DNA of 57,751 nucleotides, filler included, from Sphacelaria rigidula (taxonomy: Eukaryota), in NCBI GenBank assembly GCA_964200075.2. It is 8 parts of 8 records of this genome, joined end to end, with 100 filler letters (N's around TTAATTAATTAA, not from the genome) between each part and the next. Parts side by side here need not be neighbours in the genome. Positions count along the whole stretch, not along the records: positions 1 to 7,132 come from CAXNAA020016327.1; positions 7,233 to 14,364 come from CAXNAA020016328.1; 6 more parts are not named here. The stretch is one strand, 5' to 3'. Positions 1 to 12,200 of the stretch are shown in pieces. Each line of letters begins with the position of its first letter. The stretch's first letter is position 1. The notes under the pieces are model-generated. The model saw nothing but the letters and a program-made list of their open reading frames with translations. It ran no database searches and was not told where the DNA came from. The position numbers were made by a program, and so were the translations under genes.

Positions 1-424
1 CACACTTATGAGCCTCTTTTTTCGTGCGACCAAATACCCCCCCCCCTATCGTAGGATGACTCCCCCCATGCCGTTTTTGTGTTTCACATAGGTAAATGCA
101 ACATGGTTCATACGCACATAGCTTTGGGCACGGAGCACATCGCCCCGGGCGCGACGAGAAAACACCGAACGTCCATCGTTTGTCTGTTGATGACAAAGCG
201 CACCCCCGCATACAATCCCGTGTGTCGAACGATATTGGGACATTGATCATCAAAACAGCTTTCTACGGCTCAGCCGTCACAGTTTCCACAACCAGAATGC
301 TGTTGAGGTTTATCGGGCCTCGGATCATGCTCCGTAGCGGATCGAATTACGCTGAGTTTTTCTTTCATGGCCGGCGAAACACATCGTGACCAAAAGCTCG
401 ATTCTTCACTGGTAACCCGCGCAC

Positions 425-559
425 CTTGACAACGCCAACGCTAAGCTGCAGCTTTCGAGGGTCAACTTCTGCGGCCGATGATATGGAGTAGTGCCGAGGC
501 TTCATTCGCGGGAGAGTCAGGACTAAATCCTCGACGCTAACGTGTGCGGAGGAAAACGC
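425..559 (-). CDS. Exon encoding the FAD-binding RxYSISS motif of a diflavin reductase
   Basis: 135 nt, open, cag acceptor and gtgcgc donor; AFSSAHVSVEDLVLTLPRMKPRHYSISSAAEVDPRKLQLSVGVVK. Absent from the ORF track in this frame. Confidence 0.85.
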
Positions 560-744
560 CTGAAGGTGAACAATACGACAGGGCAGCCAGCGGGTAGAGG
601 TTGGCGAGTCGTCCAGCGATACGTGGAGGCCTCGATTATAGCTGTTTCATAACGCAGTCCGGATTTAATTCCTCGGATAACAAGCTCACTTCCAGTGCGA
701 TGTCGCCAGCTAACAACTTCGCGGATAGAATTCGGGCGAAGCGG

Positions 745-920
745 GTTGAGGTTAGTCATGATTTTGCACGTCTTTGGCAAAAGACCTTTGGCCACGCATC
801 CCTACAAAGCCGTGACGGAGCACGCCGGGTTTCGCCGGGCCAGGCTCGGAATCAATCACCAAGCGCAAAGCGCTGTCATGTGTCCGGCGAGTCGTATAGA
901 GGACGAGCTGCCTCCTACGA
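745..920 (-). repeat. Dispersed ~190-bp repeat family R1 (C-rich tail), intronic copy
   Basis: Reverse complement matches 17580-17740 and 32965-33150 (gactcgccg.acac...cgcttggtgattgatt.cgagcctgg.ccggcga.acccggcgtgctccgtc.cggctttgtagggatgcg). Confidence 0.85.
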
Positions 921-2612
921 AGATTACTCAGCCCGAAGCGAACCAATACCTTGCACATTGATGACAGCTCCGATTGAGTTCCATTTTTCTCCCCGCAACG
1001 CAATTTCTAGATTAGGGGGTGAAGGGGGATGTTACTGGCAAAAATTTGGGTGGTATAGTAGCCGTAGTGACTCCACTGTAGATTGCACATGAAACTGACA
1101 CCCATGTGGGTTTGAGCAATTGGGTTTGCTGACATTGAGAATTCGGGGTTGGCGTGATCATACAGGAGGATTTCCGATCCGTGTAATGTCCTGGCCGGAT
1201 CGGTCAAGGACGGGTTTGTTCTCTTCCTTTTTCTGTGCGAAGGGCCAAACGCTGCCGTACGTTCCGCCCGCAGCATCATATCATCAGCACCTGGCTCGGG
1301 TGCTTTTCTCCTTGGAAAGCAAAGATGATGGAGTCTTCATCGCAGCTGTAACCACATATTACAGGGATAGCTAGGTGCTCAAACATGAGACAGGGGCTCT
1401 GGTTATTGCCATGCATTTGGTTTGGCTAGTATTGTGGGAGCGAAGCATGTTCTTTCCTGCCGAGATAGATCGGCGCCTTGGTCGATCGGCCCGAACGACG
1501 AATATAAGAGCCCCACGCTAGCAATGAACCAATTTTGTTTTTTTCTATGCTCTGGATTGCACGTTAGTAGACAACACTGGTACTGCTCTTGTCATTTGCT
1601 TTCCATTAGCCAAGCTGACACAGTAGGCAATTCAACATTGCTAGTATTTGAAAAAAATCATTAGGTACTCCGATGGTGCCATCTACCATCATTTGCGCCC
1701 TATGATTACTTATACTGATGGCGGTAGAACGGTAGCTATATTAGTGACAGTCTCGTTCCCAACACACAAAATAATATATACTTTCACGGTTATTCATGTT
1801 CTTTGATCGTATTTTAGTAGTGGTAGCGATAGCAGTAGCAAGGTAGTTTTATTACTGTAGACTTGTTCCTATCATATCGAGGAATCACCCGGGCGTCAAC
1901 CACGGCAATAGATGTCGCAAAATGGTCAGCACTGTCCTACGTGCATGACGATCCTCACCTGTAGGGCAGCCAGAACCGTGACGTACTTGCTCAAGAATTC
2001 CTGTTCGATCCGGAAAATTAGTTTTTGTGCACGAGGCACGAATAAGGTCAACATGGTCAGTCAAACGAAAGATATCGACGACATGTAAACGTGAATACGC
2101 ATTGGACAGGGTCCCGGATATCGATAACCAACTTAACGGGGGTTTGGAGTTCACAGCTTTTCATGTTACCATAATGAAGATAGTTACCAAGTACACGACT
2201 AAACCCGCACTATGTTCCCGAACCACACAAGTGATTTTTGTGGTTTCGGGTTCAATGGCTGTCCACTTGCTGGCTTGATTGATTACAATAGAGAGTTTCG
2301 GAAAACGTTTTTTTCTGTCATTTCAGAGTGCACATATCTCAGGATCAGAGCGCAGGATGAAAAAAAACACCTCATCGATAAACAATGAAGGGGACACCAC
2401 ATATGACGAAGGGGGAAATGTTTTTCACACTCTGATCTCAGATAATTGCACTCTACAAAAACAAAAGAAGGCTTTCCAAAACTCTTCTTTGTCGCACATC
2501 AGCTTATTCCCGAGGGACCTAGCCGTAGTCATTATCCACAAGGTAGGCGTGCAGTATCTAAGGTGAACAAAAGAGAAACAATCGATGCTCGCTTATTGTG
2601 GGAACCACCACA

Positions 2613-2945
2613 TCTTCTTCTTCTATTATCATTAGCATTATTGTTATCATTATTATCATTATTCTCATTATTATAATTTTTATCACTATTATTACTATCA
2701 TTATTACCATCATTATTACTATCATTATTACTATTATTATTACTATTACTATTATTATTGTTATGATGATGATTATTATTATGATTGTGATTCTTATTAT
2801 GATTATGATTATGATTATGATTATTTTGATTATGATCATGATTATGATGATTATGACTTTGATTCTGATTCTGATTCTGATTATGGTTATGATGATTATG
2901 ATTATGGTTATGATGATTATGATTATGGCTATGATGATTATGATG

Positions 2946-2977
<32 letters not shown>

Positions 2978-3111
2978 TATGATTATGATTATGATTCTGA
3001 GTATGATTATGGTCATGATTATGATTGTGATTATGATTATTATGATTATGATTATTATGATTATGGTAATTATGATGATCATCCATTATTATTATCATCA
3101 TCATCATCATT
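2613..3111. repeat. Compound ATT/ATC/ATG/ATTATG microsatellite (~500 bp)
   Basis: Directly visible tri- and hexanucleotide runs; they produce the spurious poly-N/H/I/M ORFs. Confidence 0.95.
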
Positions 3112-5817
3112 AATATTTCCACAAATCAGTCTGATCTTTCGAAAAGGTGGTCACAGACGTAGGCTCGTCTTTTAAATATGGTCCCTGCTATGCCTTACAA
3201 GACATGGAGTCCTCTATCATGTTGTTTTCGAGACTCCAGTCTAATTACAAGAACAAACGTAATCGACTAAAATATTACCAAAATGAAAATGAGAAGAGCA
3301 TGAAGGGAAAAACTCCCATAAGTGTAATGTGATGGGAGATACAGAGGCGTAATTTCCGTTTTCTGAAGATAGACCGACGGGTACTAAAATTGTATATATT
3401 TGGCAAATATTTCAGCGGCTTTTGGATGCCCCACAACCCAGCTGTTGGATTGATACGGGCGTAGCTGGTCGCTATCATATTGCATGACGTGGATTTATCG
3501 GTAGATATGTACGCAAGCTTGTTGAAGTTGAGCCTAGATGATTTGAGTTGAGTTAGGGGATTTGAGTTATGACTTGAATGAAGTTATGTTTTGGGACTGG
3601 GCATGATGGGTTCCCCGCAGGGAAGCCCCATGGTCCCACTCCCTCACCGCCCCAAGGTCTCAGCAGTATAGTAAAGGACTAATCAACACCTTGGCAGCGT
3701 GCGACAGGCTTCAACTATCCCCTTTCTGCGGCGATTGAGCCTCAGAATCAAGGAGACTATACATGAGTCTCCCTTGAGTGTACTACATAACTTTTGTTCT
3801 GCTCACTTTCTCGATTTGTACACATCTGTTTGATAGCTCCGCCAGCCGAGCATACAACCAACTTTAGCAAGCATTCGATTGAAAAGTCATTTGATCCTTT
3901 GGACATCCGGCATCACTACCCTGCGCCAAACAGCTACGGTGACAATCCTCTCATCATTCGATACAAGTGTCTGTCAAGGAATCACCTTTTCACACCATGT
4001 TCGATTCGATGCCATCTTTCCTGACTACTGCCATAGGAAGAGCATCGACGAAATATGCGCATATTCGAGCTACACAGCAATCAGCAAGGTCTGATTGTGA
4101 TTGTACATACAGGGTGGTATACGCTTTCGACCCAAAAACCACTGATATCAGCACATGATTTTCCACGACACCTTTCCAATTGTTGCATGCACGGTATCAT
4201 ACTGGCCGCCATGGACAACTGAAGAGGGTGAGGGCCAAATTTCCGATCAAGTCCATCGTGGTGGCACTCAGGGCAAAACGAGGCGAACGAGTACCTCGAT
4301 CAATCAGCGGCTATGACGTTGTTCTGAATTTTTTAAAATGTAAATTCTCAGCCCAATTTCTCTCTAATCTTCACATGCTTCACATCGCACCAACTGCCGT
4401 TGGCTCAGGAACCTGAAGGAAAAAAGCAATTTGAAAATGATTTCCGTGTGATCAACGTATACCCACTACCATTGTCTTCGGTAATGTGGGATTTTGGCGT
4501 CACCGGATCTCCACTGATAATATGCGCCCAAGACCCGGAAAGGCCTGGCGATTTTTCGTATATATGTCGTAGGAAAGGTCCGACCGCCATCAGAACTTGG
4601 CAGTTCGCTACCTATTGCAGCTTCAACGAGAAAAAAATAATTCTTGAAAATTTTCAAATGTCTCGCCGCCCTATGCCGGCTTCCGGGGATCTCCGTGCAA
4701 GGACCACCGAAAGTCGGTACAGATTGCCCCCCAAAATGTACACAGATAATATATGCAAGATCAGTCTAAGAAACATTTTGGGTTATGTTAACGTCACATA
4801 TCCCCGAAAAAGTCAATATAATACTCGAAGGAAGTAATTAGAATATTGTGCCTTTTAAGCCCACTTTATCGCAGAAAAGGTCAAATTGTCACGCTGACTC
4901 TTGGAGTTAAGCTAAAATTTCGCGAGCTTCTCTATGGGGTATTTCGAAACTTCTGAGAAATGCCTTGTTAAATTTTTCCTCCAGTCGTTGTCGCGGTCCA
5001 AGAATAGCACGTTACTGCTCAGGACCCTGGGACCCCCGATGGCTGGCGATCGTTTTTGAACAAGATACTCCTTGAAACTTTCAGTCTATCTCCAAGACTC
5101 CGCGCGAACATTTACGAAAGTGTGAATTTTGGATCGAAGCGTGAACCAACCGGCAGCGGATTTCGCAGTTATTTGCGTCAAAATACACTGTGTGAATTCG
5201 CGTTGTCTTGAGTATTTTGCGTAAGCGTGTATACATTTGTCGAATATCTTATTCTTCGGATACGAGTATCGCTCTTCATGAGCTGCTCGCCTCGGAGCCG
5301 CCTGAACATCGCCGATCGAACTTGATCATTAGCCACTCCTACTCCTTTCACAACGAAGAGCTCAACAATCGACTCGCTTGGAAGTAAGACTCACGTGAGC
5401 AAAAGAGTTAGGCTGAAGAGTTTTGGTCAAGAAGGAATGGAGGAGGGATCCACGAGCTCGGTTTCACCTGCTATCCAAAAAAATTGGTTACTCTAACCTC
5501 CGACATAGATTCCTACCCAACCCTAATCGTAACCCTGAATCTAAGAACTTCAAACGTTGGGTGGGGCTAAGATAGGGTTGAGTCAGTAGGCCCAAAACAG
5601 TACTTCGTGTTCACGAGCTAGTTTATTTCTGTTGTTGTTACAATATGATCCAGCGACCATGTGTCCCGATACGAGCACCTGTCAGCAACTGGGAAGAATA
5701 GTTGCTCTGAACCCGAACGCCGAATATTCCACAGTTGTCTCACCTACCGGCGAGGCGCCCAGATAATGCATGCGAGGCCGCCCGCCCATCTCTGACTTCC
5801 GACCGCAAAGTCGGAGG

Positions 5818-5975
5818 TTGGGGGGGAGGGGGACGTGTACTCATAATATTTCGTGTCGTAGTCATGAGAACATTGACCTCGTCTCCCTACAAAGCAAGAC
5901 AGAGCACGCCGGAGGGAGGAGGCGTACTCATTTGTTCCTTGTTCCTTGCCTCGGTCGCTTGACCTTTGACCGTGT
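5818..5975 (-). repeat. R1 family partial copy (3' modules)
   Basis: Reverse complement contains ggtcaa..gtcaagcgaccgaggcaag...atgagtacgcc and ctttgtagggagacgaggtcaatg..catgactacg...atgagtacac-polyC, as at 16157-16323. Confidence 0.7.
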
Positions 5976-7132
5976 TGAGAACCTAAATGATGCAGTCTAT
6001 ATTCATCGCGTTTGAATAAAGTCGTTGCTACAAAGGTAAGCGGTACAACTTATGACGGTTCAAGGAAATCACGAGCCACGTTCATCTTTTTCACGGAAAG
6101 TCTCTGTTGTCGGAATTTATAATTTACTTGTCTGAGTTACGTTTCAAGTAGGATATTGCTGTAGTAGGTGTGTATCATGATTTGTCAGTAAAAGATACTC
6201 TAGCAAAGTATCGAGGCCAGGTGAGCTGAAAAACATTGTGTGCATGAGATTGCAGTTGATTTAAGCTAAACGTTGGTAAGGCTACCGCGTCAGCAGGAGC
6301 AATATTGAATCGAATGATACGTTTTGCTCTCACGTATTAGGTGTACCGATTTGGCTTCTTGTTCCAGGAATGACGATGCTTGGACTCAGCCACCTCGGCC
6401 CCCAACGCAATCACTCCCCAAAAATTACCCAGTTTTCCCTCCAGCACTCTGCGTGCAAAAGAGGCTATTTGACTTTGTTTTGGCCAAGTGAAGCGCCCCA
6501 ACAAAACATCTGACTTTGTATTTTTTCGCTGCACACATCGCGAGGTAGCTTCACCGCTACTGTGCAAGCCTCTGCCATACTGTCTGAGAGCTGGGCCAGC
6601 TTGAAAGCGGCTAAAAGCTGCTCACACCACAGCTTTCCCAGTTTCCCGAGTGAACCCGATGAAAGCACATCACCGTGAAGTGGGGACCAACCTCGTAACA
6701 CACGGCACCGCCGCTGAATGAAGAAAAACAAAATGATACTGCAAAATGTGTGACCTTGGCGACGGACGAAAAAAAAAGAGTATCTGTCGGGATTCGAACT
6801 CATCATCTCCATAATTGGAGTCTCCCTTCACTTGAATTATAGGGGTGCAGCAGCGTCACGCAAAATATTGCACGCAAGGCCCAATTCGACGACTCTTAAG
6901 CTCAAATTTCAGGAAGAACTTCTGCACCCAAGGAAATGATACATCACTTGAGCAGCTGCAGATTCTCATTTTTTTCCTGGACCTATGACATTATCTTATT
7001 TTTGCTGAAATTTTATATCCCTCATATATATATATATATTTCCTTTGCTGCTCGCGTGATCTTCTGTATTTCGATCATAAGAAGCTGCTGTCAAAATTTC
7101 AGCGTCCAATTCCTACTATCGCGCCGTGCGTC

Positions 7133-7232
7133 NNNNNNNNNNNNNNNNNNNNNNNNNNNNNNNNNNNNNNNNNNNNTTAATTAATTAANNNNNNNNNNNN
7201 NNNNNNNNNNNNNNNNNNNNNNNNNNNNNNNN
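7133..7232. other. Artificial contig linker
   Basis: N44-TTAATTAATTAA-N44; the 12-mer has stops in all six frames. Confidence 0.99.
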
Positions 7233-9254
7233 GGCCCACGTTTGGTTGTTGTGTATTGAAATTTTGTGTGGGCCCTCGTCAGCGCATAATTAACAAAACT
7301 CAGTGGCCCAGTTTTTTTGTAAGTCATTTTTTCACTGGTTGAGGGCGTTTCGGTATAGTAAAGACCACTTCTTCACGATAACGCCCTAACCTCTATGAAA
7401 AAATATAAAAAATGAAGGCCCGTTTTTTTTCTTCCATCCGGCACTCTTTCGTGGTCCTCCATGCTAACTTTTAGATCAAAATTCTAAAACTTGAGCTTAA
7501 ACATTGCGATAAGGCTAACAGCGATGTACATTTCTCCTCAAAACTCCACTAAAAACACGAAGAAAATGAAAAAAAATGAAGAAAAAATTAGAGAGGTAAG
7601 AAGCTGTTTTTATTTATTTCTTTTATGCACTAGCGGTTCACCACACGAAATTTTATGGAACAACTCTCAAAAACTGAGACGCGATATCCAGATTCAGGGC
7701 ATCTAGTGCCTTTGCTCGTAATATTTTTGATTTTAGTATAGACACTTATGTGCGCCATATCTCGGGATAGAGGACGAATTAGGTGAAGGTGAAGGTATCT
7801 GTCGTCTCCCCTTGCTCCAGAGAGTGTCCACACCGAACTTCGTTGCCATCCGCTAAATACATCGATCGGGGTTCCATAGAGATTTCAGTATAGGCGCTAT
7901 CTCCCTCAGGTATAGGAACTACTAGACATGGGGTTTAATCAACGAGAAAATATGGGCCCAAAATTTTGAGCAGATGGGCAACTCGTCTGTGTCGATGAGA
8001 TATTGCTTTTCGAGCATAAATCCGTCTGAAGGCTGACCCAGCTCGTATCGAGTGACGAAGTCTACTGCTTGAATTAGAATGACTGCCAGGGATATCAGGT
8101 CCCAAAGGGATTCGCACCCGATGTGCATAACTCGCACAGAGAGATGCGCACAGCTATATCATCTCCTAGCACTTTGCCTGTTGAGGAAGCATTGACTTAT
8201 GAGCGGGCGGTACGAGCCAGGGCTTTCCGGCATGGTGGCTATCACGCGCAAGGTGCGTGGGCGTTGTAGCACGATTGAAACGCGGACCGTCTCTCCCATG
8301 AGGAAAAACGGCAGCAGCAGCGGCAGCAGCAGTTTCGGCACCGGCTGATTTAGACCCACCCCAGCCGCGTACATATACTGGCAATAACGATGCTGCTGAT
8401 ATTGCTGTTGCTTCTTCTCCTTCTCGTGCGAAAGGTGGTCCGCGTTTCGATCTGCGACAATACTCATACCCTTGCGCGTGGTTGCCGCCCTCCTTGAAGT
8501 CGCTGGTCTGTTCGCGTGCTGTTTTGCCGTCTTTGTATCACTTGTTCCCCCCCTAGCATACTCGATTAGAACGACGCGTGGTTTCTCGTGATAGTGAAGT
8601 TGTGAACCGTCACTTCACCATCACTATCACGAAATAATTATCAGTGAAAGAAATTACACGCGCGGAGAGCGTTATGTTCGAGCAGCACGAGCGCTAGTGT
8701 TTTCCGTGCTGTCGATATCGTGCCAGCGCGCTTGTGCCTAGAGTGCTGTACTCCCCTGTGGCAGCCCGTCACGGTAGTGCTCCTCATGCTTTATCACGCT
8801 TTATTCGAAAACACGCAGAAGAGATGCCAGCGAGTCCACCTTTGTTTCACTTGGATTGTGGTGAACCAGTTCTTTTTCGATAGAACCCCCGCATGCTGGG
8901 TGTTGTACCAGATAGTATATACCGTACCAGTTCAAAAACGGATATGCAATATATAATATGTACGCCACCGACTTGCTCTGGTTATCATGAACTGTGTACG
9001 ACGCGCGGGAAGCGTAGCTTTCGTTAGAGAATGCTAGGACGCGACCATCCTGCAGTACAGGTGTCATATGGAAGGTAGCTAATGCAGTGGCTGGGGTCTC
9101 TCAGTATGAGTGCCAGGAGATACCATGGTGTCAGCCTCACCAAGCTCCCACGTGGGCAAACTCACACAGACCTAGCTATCCATCCTTGACTTATCACAAG
9201 TAGATTCATTCATGTTCCGACTCTTGATGAGGAACTCACGTGTTTGCTTAGCAT

Positions 9255-12200
9255 CATGTTTGATCTACAAGCCTCCCTTACTCAGTACAGCCGCAGGGCA
9301 GCCATAGGAGCAGAGCGTAGTGATGGCCCAGGGTAGACCACGGTAAGGGCAGCAACGGATCAAGAAGGGACTCCGCGGCGTGGGGCCGCGGCTAAACAGC
9401 CCTAACTTATGACAGTAGCAAACGCGATGACAACGCGTCACAGAATCCAGGGTCTACGAGCAGACCCGCACAGAGTATATCTTGCAACGCCTCTGAGCTT
9501 CATCACACTACTGTATGTTGAACAAGACAACACACACGCAAGTCCATTTACAAAGTAAAGCACTAAATGGTACGCACGCGTAGACTTTCATCTACAAACG
9601 GAACAAGGACAGAATGCCAGAAAATCCGGAAAAAGGGGAGGGAAAACACAGTTGCGGCATAGCATCGCGGCAACTGCTCTGGTCGAACGTAGATCCAAGT
9701 GAGCTCCACATCTTTGTTCAAGTCCGTCCCGACACATCCGTCGCGTATAGCGAGAGTGGCATCCCGCCCGTTTCCTTGACAGGGCGTTTGAAGTGGCAAA
9801 CCTGCCTTGAAAAAGGCGTGCAGCGTGGAGTACAATGCGATGGGGGGGCTACGCAGCAATAGGGAAATAAAAGCCGGGGTGCAGCCGATGTTTAGGTTTG
9901 GTGTGCCCGAAGTGCGAATTCAAAACCTCTGCGGGGGTGGGTACTAGCCCATCCAAGACGACACTCAGGGCAAGGAGCCAAGGGTCGATGGGGAGAACTT
10001 GTCGTTCAGCGCGGCGGATCAACTATCACGTGATATGAGCGAAAACGTAGTGCCAAGTGAAAAAACAAACAAAAAATTCGTCAGAGCGTAATACCCAACT
10101 CAAAGCAATCGTCCGGCGAAAATATGGCCTACAACTAGGGCGGTATAAGTGGTCATTTCCGGTGGAACACTGGACCACGCCCAACGGAACGTCACAAGAG
10201 AACACACCTGTGTCGCCAGCTGACCAGGCTGCGCCACGGGATAGGGGGAGAACAAATGACGAACACATCCAGATGAGTTGTCGAAATGCAGTTACTCACC
10301 TCGACCTCAAACAGTCGTCGGGCATGAATACGGCCTACATCAAGGGCGGTATAAACAGCAGTACATGGTGTAACCAAGGACCCGTGCAACAAGACGATGT
10401 AAGGGAGACCCGTGCGGCGAGCTCTCTTGGCTGGCGGCAGGGGGTTGAGCAGTGACAACAACAAACACATCCAGAAAACGAGTCATCAAAATTCCAAACA
10501 TGCGGGAGGCTGGACAAAATCTACAGTCCTCTCGTCGCCTAAAGAAACCTCGAAGACAAGAAGAAAAAGAAGCACTTGATGCTCAGGGGACACGGACAGA
10601 GATGCGACAGCGACAAGAAATATGACTACGGTTACTGGAAATGGAATAACCAAGAAGGTGAACTCAGCACAAAGAAACACGGTACCAACACCTGTGGGGG
10701 GCTACAATGCAGCGAAAAGGGGGGGGCTACGATCTGATATCTGACCAGAGCGCATCAGGGTTTTGAAATCCTCCAAGGTGAGCTGGGCGCTCGCCGCATT
10801 ACCGAGGGATGCGGATTAGGGTTCTGAAATCCTCCAAGGTGAGCTCGGCGCTCGCCGCATTACCGAGGGATGCGGACGGCGTGTCGTAGCAACTCAAATA
10901 TAGGCTTACGATACAACTGGTGTTGGGGGAGGGTACGATCGGATACCTGACCAGATCGGGGGCGTGGGTGCTGGGAAGCAGCCAGGGTAGCGGCGGATGG
11001 AAGGGGCATAGTGGGCCGTGTCCGAAGGCGTTTCTTCTACAAGAGAAAATGTTCGATCACGGGTATATTTCCGTCGTACAGCAAAAGAATACACTTTGCA
11101 CTGATAAAGGGGGACATGTGCACTAGAAAACCCTGCGCGGTTACGGAACCAGCTCTCTCTCCTTGACAAGGGACGGGGACCATCTGATACTAAAAGGGGA
11201 AAACTCAATCGGGCCGGACTGAAGGCATGTCAATTATCGTGGGGTGGTCATGCAAAACTCGTGGGCTTCCATCCGAGGGCAAGTTTTGTCGCTAAAACCA
11301 TAATACTCCAGAGGGGAGTCATCTGTAGGTACAGGAAAAGGTTGGTCAGGCCGGACTGAAGTGATGTGGGCAAACATCGGGAAAGGCCAACTGTGGACCT
11401 ACATCCAAAGCCCAATTTCTTTGCGGAAGGCCATCGTGGTCGTGGGCTTACTTCCGTCAACTGCTTGTGGAAGGCCAACGAGGTTGTGGTCTTACATCCG
11501 AAGGCGAAGTTGTAGTAGTACCTTGACAGAAAACAAAAATACATACACCATGACAAGGAAATCGAGGGGCGCGGCGTTGTCCTAGAATGGCGGAAATCAA
11601 CTACTGTCGACTCGAATCGGTTGTGCCAACGTCAACAACGCGACGTACGGTATTTATGCGCGTGCTGTCACAGGGGCGCTATTGTTTCCACGACTAACGG
11701 TTTAGGTTCCCATACCTCAGAACCATGCTGCGCAGTGGGGTACCGCAGCATACAAAAGGGGCGCCCGGGGGGGAGGGGGGGGTTTGCGCATCTACTAATA
11801 TCTGGTGTGCTCGCCGAGGTACAGCGGGGGGGTTGAGGACAGCATAAGCCGTCGAAACCAACTTCGTCGAAACCAACTTGCAACCACCACAAATGTAGGA
11901 ATGACCGGCGGGCACACAGTTTGCACAGGGCACAATGGCGCGTGCGATACCCTGTTCGAAAGCAGAGTCGACACACTGTAGTGAGATAGAGTTACGGATG
12001 GCTACATGCAGGTGCACAGAGTCACGGTTGACTACATGCACGAGGCGGAACTTGGACGCAGTTTCGGCCAAATCGACGCGTGGTCGGGAAACCAACAAAC
12101 TGCGTCACCATGGCACTCACGCGGATGTAACAAGCGGGAAGAGGACCAAGGGCAGCTACGGCAAATAGCTCACAGCTACCAGCAGTGTACCAAGGGAAAC

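Larger units (their letters stand above)
118..2557 (-). pseudogene. Partial spliced diflavin oxidoreductase gene (NADPH-cytochrome P450 reductase / nitric oxide synthase reductase / MTRR-like FAD-binding domain), probably degenerate
   Basis: Minus-strand exons read by eye: 2557-2473 (YCTPTLWIMTTARSLGNKLMCDKEEFWK, non-canonical GC donor, uncertain), 2000-1959 (cag|EFLSKYVTVLAALQ|gtgagg), 559-425 (cag|AFSSAHVSVEDLVLTLPRMKPRHYSISSAAEVDPRKLQLSVGVVK|gtgcgc), 183-118 (cag|TNDGRSVFSRRARGDVLRAQSY|gtgcgt). All junctions are phase 0. LPRMKPRHYSISS matches the family R-x-Y-S-I-S-S FAD-binding motif. The last exon lacks an in-frame G-x-x-S motif (GVFSS is present in a shifted frame), suggesting decay. 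Confidence 0.7.

Noticed and set aside
1103-1345. Minus-strand exon-like stretch (CDEDSIIFAFQGEKHPSQVLMI / DAAGGTYGSVWPFAQ) inside the reductase intron
   Set aside because: Contains stops and a frameshift; the flanking reductase exons already join seamlessly without it.
2532-3122. His/Asn-rich 196-aa ORF and poly-Ile/Met ORFs
   Set aside because: By-products of a trinucleotide-based microsatellite.
6770-6850. B-box-like gagttcgaatcc on the minus strand as a tRNA or SINE
   Set aside because: No convincing A box or shared SINE body; too degenerate to call.
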